A stretch of 64,000 nt of DNA. Source: Lytechinus pictus (taxonomy: Eukaryota). Below are positions 24,166-37,215 of the stretch, one piece after another. A program made the translations under genes and the position numbers. Position 1 is the first letter of the stretch, and each line of letters starts with the position of its first letter. Where the stretch lies: NCBI RefSeq assembly GCF_037042905.1, contig NC_087251.1:37636001-37700000 (forward strand), written 5' to 3'. Under the pieces are notes generated by a model that did not search any database, had not been told where the DNA came from, and saw nothing but the letters and a program-made list of their open reading frames with translations.

Positions 24166-27100
24166 TGGATAGAGCAACGTCCGATGTGGCGCTGCTAAGT
24201 TGCTGCCGGGCTCATGATCTACAGGGTATGGGCGAAATAACTTTTCGGAGCATTTCTGTTACTGAATTCTATTTTGAACAATAAAATATGTATTATTATC
24301 ATCCATCATTAATATTAATTTCATCATCATCATCATCATCTTACCACTATATAACCATCAGTACTTCAAGTCTGGAGCAGTTTTCTTCTTGTCGATTTGT
24401 AATAAAATATCGCAATTATTGGAGCAATATTCTGAAACCAGCAGGCCAAAAACCTGCCTGTATGTCTAAAATCCAGTGCCTCAAATTATTTAAAACCAAG
24501 AAAATGATTTTAATGAATTTTCATGACAGTCGATCCACTCTAGATTTCAAGAAGGTGGCCATTTTGCAGCATATCTATTGGACAGATTACTGGGGGCAAT
24601 TTCGATATCCCTAGATTAAGCTTACCATAGATGCCAAATTTTAAAATAATACGTTACCTGATACTAGATAAAGTGATTTTTTTTCAATGATCTTTTTTCA
24701 TGGCAGCCATCTTGGATTTCAAGATGGCTGACATTTTGCTTCTGACTCAGGGGATCAGATCGCTGAGGGCCAGCAATATTTGAAATAAGCACCCCGCACT
24801 CCGTCGATATGTCAAAGTGCAATACTGCAGATTATATGAAACTCAAAGAAATAATTTACAGCCTCTCAACAGAAAATGATTGTTCCGGATGGTTATTGTT
24901 CAACCAAAGCCACCTAGCTCAAATGTGTAACTGCAGAAGAAGCTAGCTGGTTTGTGTATTTATGGTGCTTCATATTCACGTAACATCTATATCAGCAATT
25001 AAGGGTGCCAAAGTATTATAATCCTTGCAACGGACAAAGATGTGGTTGTGTTGGATTTGTTTTCAGTGCCAATACAATGGGTTTTACTCACCATTATAAT
25101 GTTGTACATCATTCAAACTTGGTAACCATATTGGAATTCAAAATAGCATCTATTTATTATGTTTCTTTCATTGATCAAGGATGCAAAGATCATCAAAGTG
25201 TTACAGGCCATACGTAAGACTTGAGCAAATTATATTTCATGGCGGCCATCTTGTATTTCAAAATGGCAACCAAATAGGGGTCTGACAATAATCAGTGCCT
25301 AAATATATGCCTATATGACAACTTTCAGGGCCAGAGTTCATATAAAACTCAAGACAATTATCATTACTTTTAATTCATGGCGGTCATTTTGCCGAAACCG
25401 GTGGTTACATTGCTGGTGGCCGGCAAAATCAGTGCCACATACTTCTGTATGCCAAATTTTGGTGTCATATATAATGTAAAATCCAAGAAAATTATTTTGA
25501 TATGGTTTTTCATGGCAGCCATATCTTGCCGCTGAACTGATGGTCAGATCACTTGTGGCTGGCAATATTTGAAATCAGCACCCAAAAATAGGTAATCTAT
25601 TTGCACATGTAAAATTCAAGAAAATGATTTTTAGTGATTTTCATGGCGGCCATCTTAGATTTCAAGATGGCAGCTGACCTGGTGGTAAGACCATTGAAAT
25701 AAGTGCCCTAAACTACACCTACACTGTATATGCTAAATTTCAGTACCATAGCTCATACAAAATTAGAGAAAATTATTGCAACGATATTTCATGGTGGCCA
25801 TCTTGGATTTTAAGATGGCGACCGTTTTGCCGCTGACCTGGAGGTCAAATTGCTGGGGGCCGGCAATATTTGAAATCAGCACGCCGAATTAAGCCTATAT
25901 GCCAAATTTCAGTGTCACATATCATGTAAAACTCAAGAAAATGACATTTAATGATTTTTCATGGCGGCCATCTTGGATTTCAAGATGGCGGCCATTTTGC
26001 CGCCGACCAAATGGTCAAATTGCTGGGGGCTGGCAATATTTGAAATCAGTGCCTCAAAATACCCCTATATGCCAAATTTCAGTGTCACATGCCATGTAAA
26101 ACTTGAGAAAATGACATTTGATGATTTTTCATGGCGGCCATCTTGGATTTCAAAATGGCGGCCGACCCGATGGTCAAATCGCTTGGGGCCGGCAATTTTT
26201 TAAATCAGCGCCCAAAAATACCCCTGTATGCCAATTTTCACACTTTCTGCCAGATTCGAGCATCTTTTTCACATATCTACTGGACTATATATATTCACCA
26301 TTAATTGATGACAGAATTATGTACTAAGTGAAATTATTAGCTTTTATTCTTCAAATCTGAAGCGTTTTTTTTTTTAATTGTTGCATTAATTGAGATGTCA
26401 AATTAAAGGTTTTAGGTGAATTTTATAGAATTCTTATTTGTCCTTTGAAAAATGTACAAGCAGCGAAACAAGTTTTTTGTACCCTTTAGATTGTGTTTTG
26501 TTCAAGCATGAAATACATGTGATTGTACCATGAATAGAATCAAAGGGAAGAAGTGGATATAAACTCTCCAATAAGAAATTGAATTATGGTTGAGATAAAA
26601 TTCATCATTAATTGTCAGTTTCATTTTTTTCTTGGTCTGTCCCACGCACCGTACACATTTTGAACGTCCATAGACACCAGAAGCATTTATGTATCTTATC
26701 TTTATTTTTACATTTTTTCTGATAACCAGCAAAACTTACACTTTAAAAAAAATATTTAAGTTGCATATTTGTACAATATTGCAAGTGCCTCTGGTCATTG
26801 TTTTGGTAGATAGATAGGTGATGTACTATGGGAAGGTTAAATGAATAAACAGATGTTTTTTCTGTTATACATACATGTCATAAGAGATAAGAGAAGATAT
26901 ATCATGAAGAAACTCTGTAAAAATTGATTATATGTAGATTATCTAGCTTTTAAATGTTGAACTCAATTTTTTTACAATAAAAAAATGACATGATATTAAT
27001 CTCATACATTACTTGCATACACTACTAACATGTAGAAATTGATTTTGATACTGCACATGTATGTGAGCTGAAGCATTGGGCTGTTTCAGCTACATGTAGC

Positions 27101-27602
27101 TAGTGGTGATCAGCCCCAAATCCAATGCAAAGGCCTGGGACTAATTTGCTTCATGTATGTACGTCAAAGAGCCTTAGGAAAGTAACAAAAATTAGTCCCT
27201 GAAGTTCCTTAGGGTCCAAACTTTAAAACTGTAAGTGTAATGCAATAGAAATGTACACCGTAGCAAACTTTGGCTGATGAGATAAAAAAGTAGCCCCAGT
27301 GTCACATATAGATGTAGATTTGTGCCGCCAAAATCTTGTTCTTGATAGAGAAAGGGGTTTAAGCCAGTGCCAGTGGGTGCTACAGTGTTTGATTATGAAT
27401 GAACTTGTGACACCAAAGTCAAAGATCAGAGACAATAGAAATGGTGTTAGCTTATAGATGTAATGATGATTATATGCAATTAATTTGTTATGTATTATCT
27501 ACATGTAGTTGGTTTCACATCTATGCCTTGTCTCTACCTAAGAATTAACTGATTCTTAGGCATCTGAAAGACGTGGAAGAAGTTATAGTCCATATTCGTA
27601 CT

Positions 27603-28018
27603 GGTTTATTTTCAATTCGTCTAATGCCAATTCGTCCAATTGCAAACTCGTCTACTGTCATTTGGTCTACCATCAGTTTGTCCACTATCCACATGGTCCA
27701 ATTGCCAATTTGTCCACTCACCATTTTGTCTAATAACCAGTTGGTCCTATAGCCATTTAGTCCATTGACCATTTGGTCTAATTGGACTAAGTGTTAATTG
27801 TGCAAAATGAATGAAAATGAAATGGCTATTAGACCAACTGGTTAAACAAAATGGTCATAGACGAAATGGTGATCAGACGAAGTGATGATTTGACCAAATG
27901 GTTAATGGACCAAATAGTTGTTAGACAAAATGTTGATGGACGGAATGGCATTAGACTAAATGAAAGTAGACCATGTGATGAATGGACGAGTTGGCAGTAG
28001 ACGAATTGGCAATTTTCC
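27603..28018. mobile_element. Foldback MITE made of mirrored ~15-bp repeats
   Basis: Left half repeats CCA(A/T)TT(C/G)GTC(T/C)A units, right half repeats the complement TAGAC(G/C)AA(A/T)TGG; termini GGTTTATTTTCAATTCGTCTA / TAGACGAATTGGCAATTTTCC. Confidence 0.8.
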
Positions 28019-28062
28019 TTCATACCAACAAAACCGACTCCAGACGGACCAAATCTATCAGT

Positions 28063-28523
28063 GACACCATTCTCACTACCTTCCTAAAACTAGTTTACTG
28101 GAGACTAGTTTTGTGGAAACTAGTTAAACGTGTAGTGAGAACGGTCGAGGCGATCTTGGAAACGATCTTACAAACCGGTTCAGAAAACCACCTCGCGATG
28201 TAGTTTTCCAAGATCGTTTTGCCTCGTTAAACTGGTTTTAGCGTGAGGACACAACCGTTCTTCAGGAAGCTTTTTTCACACTTTTTGACCGCGCTACTCC
28301 ACACGACAGGCATAGAATGCCTACGCTGCGGTTTCGAATTTCACGCGAAACGTGTCACCCCACTGAGAGCGATTCCATAGCAACAAGATCACTTTACGTG
28401 AAGTGATTTTGAATACCACTTTCGTGTGATCAAGTGGGAACGCTAGCAAAGCAATCTTCCAAACTGGTTTCCTGAATCGGTTTCCAGTAAAAAAGTTTTA
28501 TAAGGTGTAATGAGAACGACCTC
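28063..28523. mobile_element. Harbinger-like MITE, inverted copy of 976-1402
   Basis: GACACCATTCTCACTACCTTCCTAAAACTAG...TGAGAACGACCTC; flanks AGT/GGT. Confidence 0.85.
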
Positions 28524-30132
28524 GGTGACATTACTACATTTCCAATGACATACCTCTGGTCTGTTTGAAGTCGGTTTTGTTTGTGGGACTGTCGCATCAC
28601 AGATCTACATATTCCTTTAAAGGATCATTGATATTTCTTTTGATGTCTTCAGTTGAACCATGGATATACAAATCTCCATGGTAGAACTTTCAGTTATGTA
28701 TTCAATTGTGTGAGGAGTGAGTGCATGGTTTGACAGGGGAATCCCCCTTTTTCCCCAGCATCTGAAGATCTGAAGTCTGATCTCGGAACTTGCTCCAGGG
28801 CATTGATATTTAAGCATGCAGTATAATGGATACTTCCATGGAGATCTCAATATAATGTGGTGTAAATTTACTTTCACATGTACATGTACGAATCCCTACC
28901 TTGAAAAAGTCACAATTGAATGCATACTCTTTATAAAGGGTTAGTGTAGGATGAGAGAAATATGGGACAGAATGAATATTTTGTTATATTATCTTTGGTC
29001 ATCTTGACTATGCACAGGTACTTGTACTGCTTGCCTGGTGTCACAAAATGACACTGTATATTTGCTGGGAATTTTTTTGATATAATCCTGTGATAGTGAT
29101 ATGTGTATTATACAGAAAAAAGCTTACTATTGTTTTGCAACATTGCATTAACTTTGAGAACTGCAATGAGGCATGAGAAAACAGTGTGATGTGAGGTGAT
29201 TGCAGGGATGGAGCATTAATTTACATGTAGGCCTATGTTAACAACATAACTAAAATAATGAAATTTAAAACATTTTTATTGTTAGGGGGATGTTGGACAG
29301 GGTTGGGTAAATATGAAAAAAAAAGTGGTTTTGGGCAGTAGAAAGGAACATAAAAAAGCAGTTATGCATACATGAAGTTAGGTCTCTATACTGATGATGA
29401 ACGTGTTCAATGAACTGTTGCCCATCCTTCTGTTCACATGTAGTGATATCAAATTGAAGTTTAATAATGACATCAAATGGCATTTGGAGCAAACCTTTAC
29501 CACAAGACAGCCTGGGGTTTAGGGAGTTGCATTGTAGCTTGACAGTCAAGCCTAGTTATATCTTATCTTCATATGTTGCTAGGTGATGGCAAGTGGAGCT
29601 CATTCACATCGCCTCTGAAGAAAAGGAGTGCAAGGAATGATAATAATAATAGCATGATATACAGGTATTCTGGTCTTCTTGACAGCTCTTGGAAAAGACG
29701 AGAGATGAATCCAGAAATGTATTATCGCACTTGTCCCAGATTTAGTTATACATTAACAAATAGAGGGGGAAGATGTGGGAATTATGTTAGGTAGAAGTTC
29801 GTACATGTATGCATTGCTAGTTTGGTTATTCGAGTCGGAATTAACAAAAAGAAAACTGCATAATTTGAGATTGGAAGGTATCCTGAAAAATATTGAACAT
29901 GATCACATGTTAATGCTCATGAAATTACTGGTATCTACTTCTCATGGTAGGCTCTTGTTCGTAGCGCTACCATTTAATACAGTACTATTAATTACATGTA
30001 CATGTGGACCTAGTTGTCAATTTGTAACTCTGGGCCTAATTCCTATTTTGGTTTATTTTGGAAAGATAATTTTTTTTTTCATTAATGTTGCAAACTGGCT
30101 TGGCATTATTGTTTTCTGTTTATGTGTATTTA

Positions 30133-30390
30133 GAGATGGTGTAACTCAGCGGATAAGTCTCCAGACTTTTAAACTCAAATTCTGGGTTTCGAATCCCACT
30201 ACAGTGCTCGCATCCTTTGGCAAGGCGTTTATTTACATTTGCCATCTTCACCCACGTGTAGTTAATGGATACCCAGTAGTAAAATACCGGTATTCATTGA
30301 ATGGTCGAATGCACGATCAGGGCAGCCATGCTAAATTCGGGGTAATACTATGCTGCACTTAAACATTGTATTAAATGATTATTCAATATT
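30133..30390 (+). mobile_element. tRNA-derived SINE
   Basis: A-box-like TAACTCAGCGG, B-box-like GGTTTCGAATCC, then CCTTTGGCAAGGC...CACCCACGTGTA..AATGGATACC core and an AT-rich tail. Confidence 0.7.
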
Positions 30391-30590
30391 ATAGATGACT
30401 CCTTATTGAACAGATTTAGCATCCTTTTTTGAGAATCAACAGACGATGTATTGATCACAATCATTCAAGCTCTACTGCCCCCAGTCAAGTGCATAACCCC
30501 CCCCAAAAAAAAAAAAAACTCATAAGCAAATGACAGCTTAGTATTTCATTTACATCTATGTAGGATTTGTAGTATAAATCTGATATTTAA

Positions 30591-31175
30591 AGGTTGATTC
30601 CACCCCAGATATATGTTGAATTGAATCAAAAGAGAAAAATCAAAGAAGGATAACACTGAAAATTTCATCTAAATCAGATGTAAAATCAAAACGTTATGAC
30701 ATTTTATAGTTTTGCCTTTTTTTCACAAAACAGTTATTTGTACAAATCAGTGATATGCAAATGAGAGAGTTGATGATGTCCCTCACTATTTCTTTTTTTT
30801 TTATTATGTGAATTAAACAATATTTCAGTTTTTACAGATTGAAAAAGGACCAACTTGACTGAACCACAAAATTTTAAACAATGGTAATTCCACATGTACA
30901 GGGTAAAAGAAAACTTTGTTTACAGGAGAATGAGGAGAAAATTAGAATATTTCATATTTCATACAAAGGAAATAGTGAGTGAGTGATGTCATAAGTTCTC
31001 TCATTAGTATAACGAACAGGATGTGCATATATCTGTTTTGTGAAATTATACAAAAATCTGAAAAGTCACAACTGTCTTATTTTGCATCAGATTTTGATGA
31101 AATTTTCATTGTTATACTTGTTAGATTTTTCTCTTTTTTATTCAAATCAACCTTTTGTTGGGGTGGACTTGTCCT
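30591..31175. mobile_element. Kolobok-like MITE, family A (opposite orientation to the 2902 and 8303 copies)
   Basis: TTAA|AGGTTGATTCCACCCC...GGGGTGGACTTGTCCT|TTAA. Confidence 0.88.
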
Positions 31176-31594
31176 TTAACTGTTCTTTTCGATAGACATC
31201 GAAGCCATTCAAATGATTAGGTTTATTAATTCCATTAATAGGGATGTGTGTTTGAGTGCATGATGATAATGAATGTGTATGAAACATGTATTGGTGTATG
31301 TCATAGTAGCGTGTGCTCCTATGTAGGATGGGCGATATGAGATATGAACAGATCAGATAACAAGAGGAGAAATCCCCCAGGCCTTTCATGTTATCGGACT
31401 GATGATTGCAATGATGTCAGCCAGCCCCCTACATTTTAAAGGCACTATTATGAATTTCACTGATAGGGGGAGGTAATGCGTGTATGATATTGACACTTAA
31501 AATGCAGATTGGTCAGGTTGGGTGGGGTGGGGTGAGATGGGAAGGGGAGGGGTGGGGTCATTTATGAAGTCTATATATAATGTTTGTTGTGTGG

Positions 31595-32360
31595 GGGCAA
31601 TTCCAAGCAAAAGTGGACATTTTCCAAAAAAAATTATTGGCTCTATTTCAAATCTGGATCAAATTTTTCTATCAAAACTCATATGGAATCTAATAAATAC
31701 AAAAGGGGAACATAATTAGACACAATTTTTTTTCTTACGCATCTCCTTATATGAGAATCCAAACCATACAAGAAATTCTATACATGGGACTACATATATT
31801 GCTTTTTACTTGATTTCAATTTAACAGAAAACTATTGCTTGTTTTGTAAAATTTTCTTTTGGATAATCTGAAGGTCATCATTTTACATCATATCAAACAA
31901 AAATGATAAAATATAAGTTCATTTTACGTTGCCCGTGAGTGGGAGTGGATATTTCTGATGTCACTGCGTAACCGGGTATGGGTTTACGTTTTAAATCGTA
32001 ATTAATGAAATAATACACCAATTTTTTAATGTAATGCAGCATATTAAAGCTAGAACAACATAGTATCCAATCAATAAATCAAAATTATGATAGCAATTCA
32101 AAATTCACAGAGTTTGAGCAATATGTTTTCTCTTTAAATATGCATGTCCATTTTGCGTCACTCCGTAACCATGTTTATGAATATTCATATCTCATTAATT
32201 CAGTGGATCAAAATAACAAATATTATTTTGAAAAGTGGGTTTCAGCAACTACTGTCAGGTACCATTTCTTTGCAAATAACTTTTTAAATATGGGTGATAT
32301 CTTTGTTTGAATGCAAAAAAAATTGTTTCTGAATGTCACTCCATAACCGTGGAACTGCCC
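31595..32360. mobile_element. Non-autonomous DNA element with GGGCAATTCCA termini (Sola-like)
   Basis: GGGCAATTCCA...TGGAACTGCCC, flanks GTGG/ATGG; internal GTCACT(C/G)C(G/A)TAACC three times; similar termini at 55556-55755. Confidence 0.65.
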
Positions 32361-33099
32361 ATGGTCGCTCTACAGTCATGGAACACTTTTTTTTTTAATT
32401 CTACAACTTTCATAGATTATCTTTCATGCTAGTTTATTATTTTTTAGGGGGGCTGGTTCAAGATATGACTTAAAAGGATAAGTAATATGTGTATGATATT
32501 GAAACTTTGTAGCAATAAGTAAAATGCAGATTGATCTGGCATTGTGGATAGGTTGAGGACAAAGGAGAGGGGGATGCGGTCATTCAGTATGAATTCACGA
32601 TGGCTGTTAAAAAAAACTGTTAAGAAACTGTAGTGTAGGAATTCTGTAACTATAGAGTAATCTAGAAGCAGATCAGTACTTTGATTTCATTTATGATAAT
32701 ATTTATCCACTCAAACTGAACAACATTAGGAACAAGAGTTTCAAAAATTTAGTGAAGAGAAAGTTTTGACATATGACTCTTTATGAGCAAGGTTTTTTTT
32801 ACTGGTCAGCACAATAGAGGAAGCAGGTGTACATATCATCTCTGACAGAAACATATGCTGTGGGAACTATTTTTTAAATGGATATTCATTATTCAGAGCA
32901 AAAGTTGCACTTGTTTGCCATAATCTGTGCTGCTTGAAGTCAAAACAGAGAAGATAACGTATACAAGGCTTGTGGAAAAAAGGGATCAGCTGATCATTTA
33001 ACTTGCATCAGTGTTTTAATGGTGACAGCCCACTGTTTAGATTGCAAACATTGGGAATGAGAGCAACCCCATACTGTCCCTATTTTATCATAGTGCATT

Positions 33100-33243
33100 G
33101 GGAGAGTGTTACATGAAGCAGCTTGCCAGTGATTTTTACTGATAAATTTGCTATGAGCCAATCAGATGCAAGGATTTCAGTAGCTTATAACAATGCTCTG
33201 GGAAAATCACTGACTGTATTGTTTCATGAAATTCTCTCCTGAA
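33100..33243. mobile_element. Old short palindromic MITE relic (related pieces at ~34619-34720 and ~52345-52427)
   Basis: Shared core CCAATCAGATGCAAGGATTTCAGTAGCTTATAACA; ends GGAGAGTGTTACATGAA / TTCATGAAATTCTCTCC. Confidence 0.55.
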
Positions 33244-36063
33244 CCGTGTGTCAGTGTTGTTCTAGCTCTCGTGTTTCTTGCCCCATCAGTGGGACTGCTG
33301 GTGTAACCATGACGACACATGACAACCTGTTAAGGTGTCAATTAGGTCTTGCCGAGATGTTCCAATCTGGCCAATGCACTGTAGTCTCGCTATCGAGCAC
33401 GTGTTTTATTTTGGGGTACTACTGTACTTTATCTGCTATTGAGATTGGATCATTTTGAAATAACAGAATGCAATTTCTCTTGGTTCTCTATTGCTAGTGT
33501 TAATATACATTCATATTTTGCTCTTATGCAGAGGAAGAACATTATGTATTTTTGCCGCTTTCCACTTTTAAATTTTATACAGCCTAATGAATTTCTGCGC
33601 CTATGAATGTTTTTAACAGATATATGGCCCAATATAAATGCTGTGGATCATCATCATCATCAGCCAGTATCTGTTCACAAAGTTCATTTTCTTGCCAACA
33701 TTTTGAAATGAAATATTTTGTTCTTGATTTATGTGCCAGCCTAAGAAATAACATGAGGGTCACAGACGATTATGCCCTCATCGCAGCCGAAATCACCCCC
33801 AAAATTCCTGAAATAGAAGGTTTTGGGTCTACCTTCTTTTTCTAAAGTTGCCCCTAGATCTGCCACAAATGATATTGAAGAATATTCAGAAAATAAATAT
33901 CCTACATACAGCAGAATGCTGATATTTGCATTCACTGTATAATGCTTGTTTCGCAAAAAACTGATTATTTATGATAATAAAAGAAAAAAGATTGAAAATC
34001 TGTTTCTTAAAATTTAAATCTTACCTGGTTTGTTCCTTTATTTATCCCCATGTTTAATTTATCTTACATTATTGATGTGTCCTATTGTCTTTTGGGTTGT
34101 CCCCTATCTGACCTCATGCTTAAATTAGTGATGTCATCCCCCTTTGATGCATGTATCATTCGGCTTTTAATGTGTGTGCTCGTTGTAGAGGGCTGAAAAC
34201 GAACTTTTTCCCCTTTCACGCTCAAACAGGACGGGTGATTAATCCCTGTGGCGAGTGTGACTGTGTTGATGTTCGCCATTTGTCTGCTTCCCTTGACAAG
34301 AACCGAACAACACTGCCCCTTTTCTTTATTCCTCTGCCCTTGCACTCCCCTCTGCCCTCTCTTTCCCCCTCATCCACTGCTTCTCCCCTCCCCATCCCTT
34401 CCCAGTAAAATGACGCCAGGAAACATATCTCCTTAGGGTTGTATTGCGTTCGCACCTACTGGATTACAAGTCGGCAGGAGAAGATAACATACCTCCCACC
34501 CATCATGCTATCTCTCCTCGTTCACACTTGACAACATGACCATTTTGAATGAATTATGTTTTTTTTTTTTAAACTGTTTTTGCTTTCAGACAAGTTTCAA
34601 ATTTAGTGAATGGTGTCTCCTGGGGAACATCTCATGAAACAAATAATCAGTAAATACATGTATCACTCTTTGTTATAAGCTACCAAAATTCTTGCATTTG
34701 ATTGTCTGATTTTCACAGGCAATTCTTTTTTTTCAAGCAATTTGCTAACGCCATTCCTTATCCTGCAACTTTTGAATGTTATAATAATTTGGTAGTAGAT
34801 AATTTTTGTTTGGAATATTTTTTAGTACAGCCAAAAACGGTAATCAATATTTATTGTTATGTTATGAATGTGAAGTGTACAAATGATTAGAACGCAGAAG
34901 GAAGCAATCAAAACAATTGTTCCTTGGAATACTCCACAGTTTTATACTACATCCCAGACAATAGATGGCACAAACGGAGACTCCTAATTATGTGTATTCT
35001 GATTTATTATGATGCTGAGAAAAGAAGCAGATTTAATTTGTCAGGATTTTCAAGACAGAGAAATAGAGAGGGCTAGGGGAGGGGTGGGAGGGGCGCACAA
35101 ACGTACACATAGCTCTTATCAGAATGGAGAGATGGTTCTACTAGTGAATATGTAGGCTTCACATTTTGAGGATCCATTAAGATAGTTTGACTGATGCATA
35201 GGAAATAATATGTAACAAGAGTAACACACGTTATGTATGTACATAAAGAGAGAATAGTGAAAGGAAGATGAGTTATTTAAGGTGGGTAGGGTTGAATATC
35301 TTTCTTTGCCACCATCCTGTGATATTCCCAGGTGAACGTATCCCATCAGTGTGGGCTCAACATGAAATCTCCATACAAATTGGATTTTTAACAGTGTTTT
35401 AGCTTCCTCTCCCTCCATATTAATACAAGGGGATATAGGAAATTGATGTGCAAGTTTATAAGAAGAGTATATACAGGATTCATTGCAACCTTTGCAGAGT
35501 TATAGTAGAGTTTCTGTTGCTGTTCATTAGTTTTTGCAATGAAATGAAAGGATTTAAAATGTGCCCAATAGAATCTGATTGCCAAGTTATGTAGGAATTT
35601 TACGTAATATGTTAGGTCTGGTAGAGATTTCCCAAAAGTTAAATGCCATTTCCCCAAAGCTTTGGTTGAAATCAAAAGAAATACAGACAGTACAATCTTT
35701 ATTTTTTATAGGTGTTTTAGTGTGTTATTCCTTAGTATTTTAATTTATTTTTTGCTATTTAAATAGTTTTAGATTTATGATATTAATTTAAAAGTGCTAT
35801 TAGACACATTTTCTCAACATATTAAAATCTTATGCATACTTAAAAAAAAATGTTGCTCTTGACAATCTGAAAGCTTATCAGACATAGCAACAAGTAAGGT
35901 GTTTCACCAGGATTTAAATTTTGTTGTTTTTTATTATTAGTACAGGTTCAATAAATACCTTAATACAAAGTAGATTCTCAAGAATGAAATATTTAAAAAA
36001 ATCCATTATCACTTTCCTAACGCCAAAAGGGCTTATTTTGAAAGTGGAATGAATGATGCATTA

Positions 36064-36605
36064 CCCGGGGGGGGGGGGGGGGGGGGCACTTCCATTGACG
36101 AGTGGATAAAATGTGTGACCATGGGGTTTCGAAAAGAAAGTATTTCCATGTTCTGAAAATGCACCAATTAACAAGTATTGGCGTGTGAAACCCTATCCTT
36201 AACAAGTATTGAAACAAAACGATACTCTTGGCAAGTATTCTCTGAATTGACCCCCTAAACAAGTACAACAACATCTTAATTGTTATGCCACGGACAATGG
36301 CTTTACCTTTACTTTCATTGGGTTTAGTACCACCCCACACACCTCGCTCAAATCGGAGCCTAAATACGTAGTGTTGGGGCGAAAAGTACATCCTTTATAA
36401 GGTCATTTTAGTCTTTTTATACCCTCGCAAATTCGACTGTAAACACATATTTTTTCCTAGCGAAATGAATACCTTTTTTTCACTATTTTAGCTTTTTTGA
36501 CCCACCTTATTAGGTTGTGCCCTATCTTGAATAAGGGATCCTTTTTACTTCTTTTTTTGGTCATGCATGGAATCCACTTGTAAATGATAGTGCCCCCCCC
36601 CCTGG
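36064..36605. mobile_element. Non-autonomous DNA transposon with poly-G/poly-C ends and 8-bp TSD (MULE- or hAT-like)
   Basis: ATGCATTA|CCCGGGGG...GCACT ... AGTGCCCCCCCCCCTGG|ATGCATTA. Confidence 0.85.
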
Positions 36606-36997
36606 ATGCATTACCAACATTTCATAATTAATGGGAGCAGAAAAATTAAATTTATTTTGTAGCATTACCCTTAGTGCAATAATCACCTTTGAAATCATTT
36701 TGTCTGGTGACTTAAGTATAAACAAATTATAGCAAAGGGAAAGGGGTTATGTATAGTATAGATCTTTTAGCTTTTGAATTGGTTGATCCTGCCTTATCAA
36801 ATGGAAATTGTAAGAAATCAGGTCTTCATTAACACCCAACTACCAATCTAATGTAAATGTCTCCCTCTTGTGTTGACTGTTGAAGAGGGACAAATACTAG
36901 CTTCAGTTTATCCAGCATGAAGGATGACACTACAGATTGTGTAAAAAAAAAAATTAGACACAATTTAACTAGGGAACCTCCCACTCCTCTGATTTAA

Positions 36998-37215
36998 AGG
37001 GATGGTCCAGGCCGGAGATATTTATATCTCAATAAATAGAGTGAAATTCATAAAGCAAAATGCTGAAAATTTGATAAAAATTGGAGAACAAATAACGAAA
37101 TTATTGAATTTTAAAGATTTGCGTTATTCTGGTGAAACAGTTCTAGGCATGTCTTTATGAATATTCATTAGGTGGGCTGATGATGTCATATCCCCATTTG
37201 TTATTTTGTATTTTG
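36998..37215. mobile_element. Left-end fragment of a Kolobok-like MITE
   Basis: TTAA|AGGGATGGTCCAGG followed by GCTGAAAATTTGAT..AAAT and GGGCTGATGATGTCA motifs similar to family A. Confidence 0.5.

Larger units (their letters stand above)
21623..26287. mobile_element. Academ-type non-autonomous foldback element (~4.7 kb) with ~2 kb inverted arms made of ~158/170 bp tandem units
   Basis: TAT|TAGT...ACTA|TAT (3-bp TSD, TAG termini). Left arm ~21623-23779 is the reverse complement of right arm ~24423-26287. Unit anchor CTGATTTCAAA at 21712, 21872, 22041, 22199, 22369, 22527 and 22684. No transposase ORF. Confidence 0.85.

Noticed and set aside
24170..24260. Hammerhead-like CTCATGA...GAAA in the foldback spacer, and scattered CTGATGA motifs elsewhere
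   Set aside because: No convincing stem II or flanking helices could be built.
21623..26287. CRISPR array, or coding ORFs (FHGGHLGFQNGG / WRPSWIS repeats), in the long repeats
   Set aside because: Whole units are repeated, and the ORFs are short translations of the palindromic motif on both strands with no transposase signature.
27603..28018. CRISPR-like appearance of the short periodic array
   Set aside because: Units are contiguous and degenerate with no unique spacers, flip orientation midway, and there are no cas genes; the context is eukaryotic.
30133..30210. Possible tRNA gene
   Set aside because: No complete cloverleaf, and it continues into a SINE core and tail.
29775..30362. 195-aa hydrophobic ORF
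   Set aside because: Runs through T-rich sequence and a SINE; no domain and no clear splice signals.
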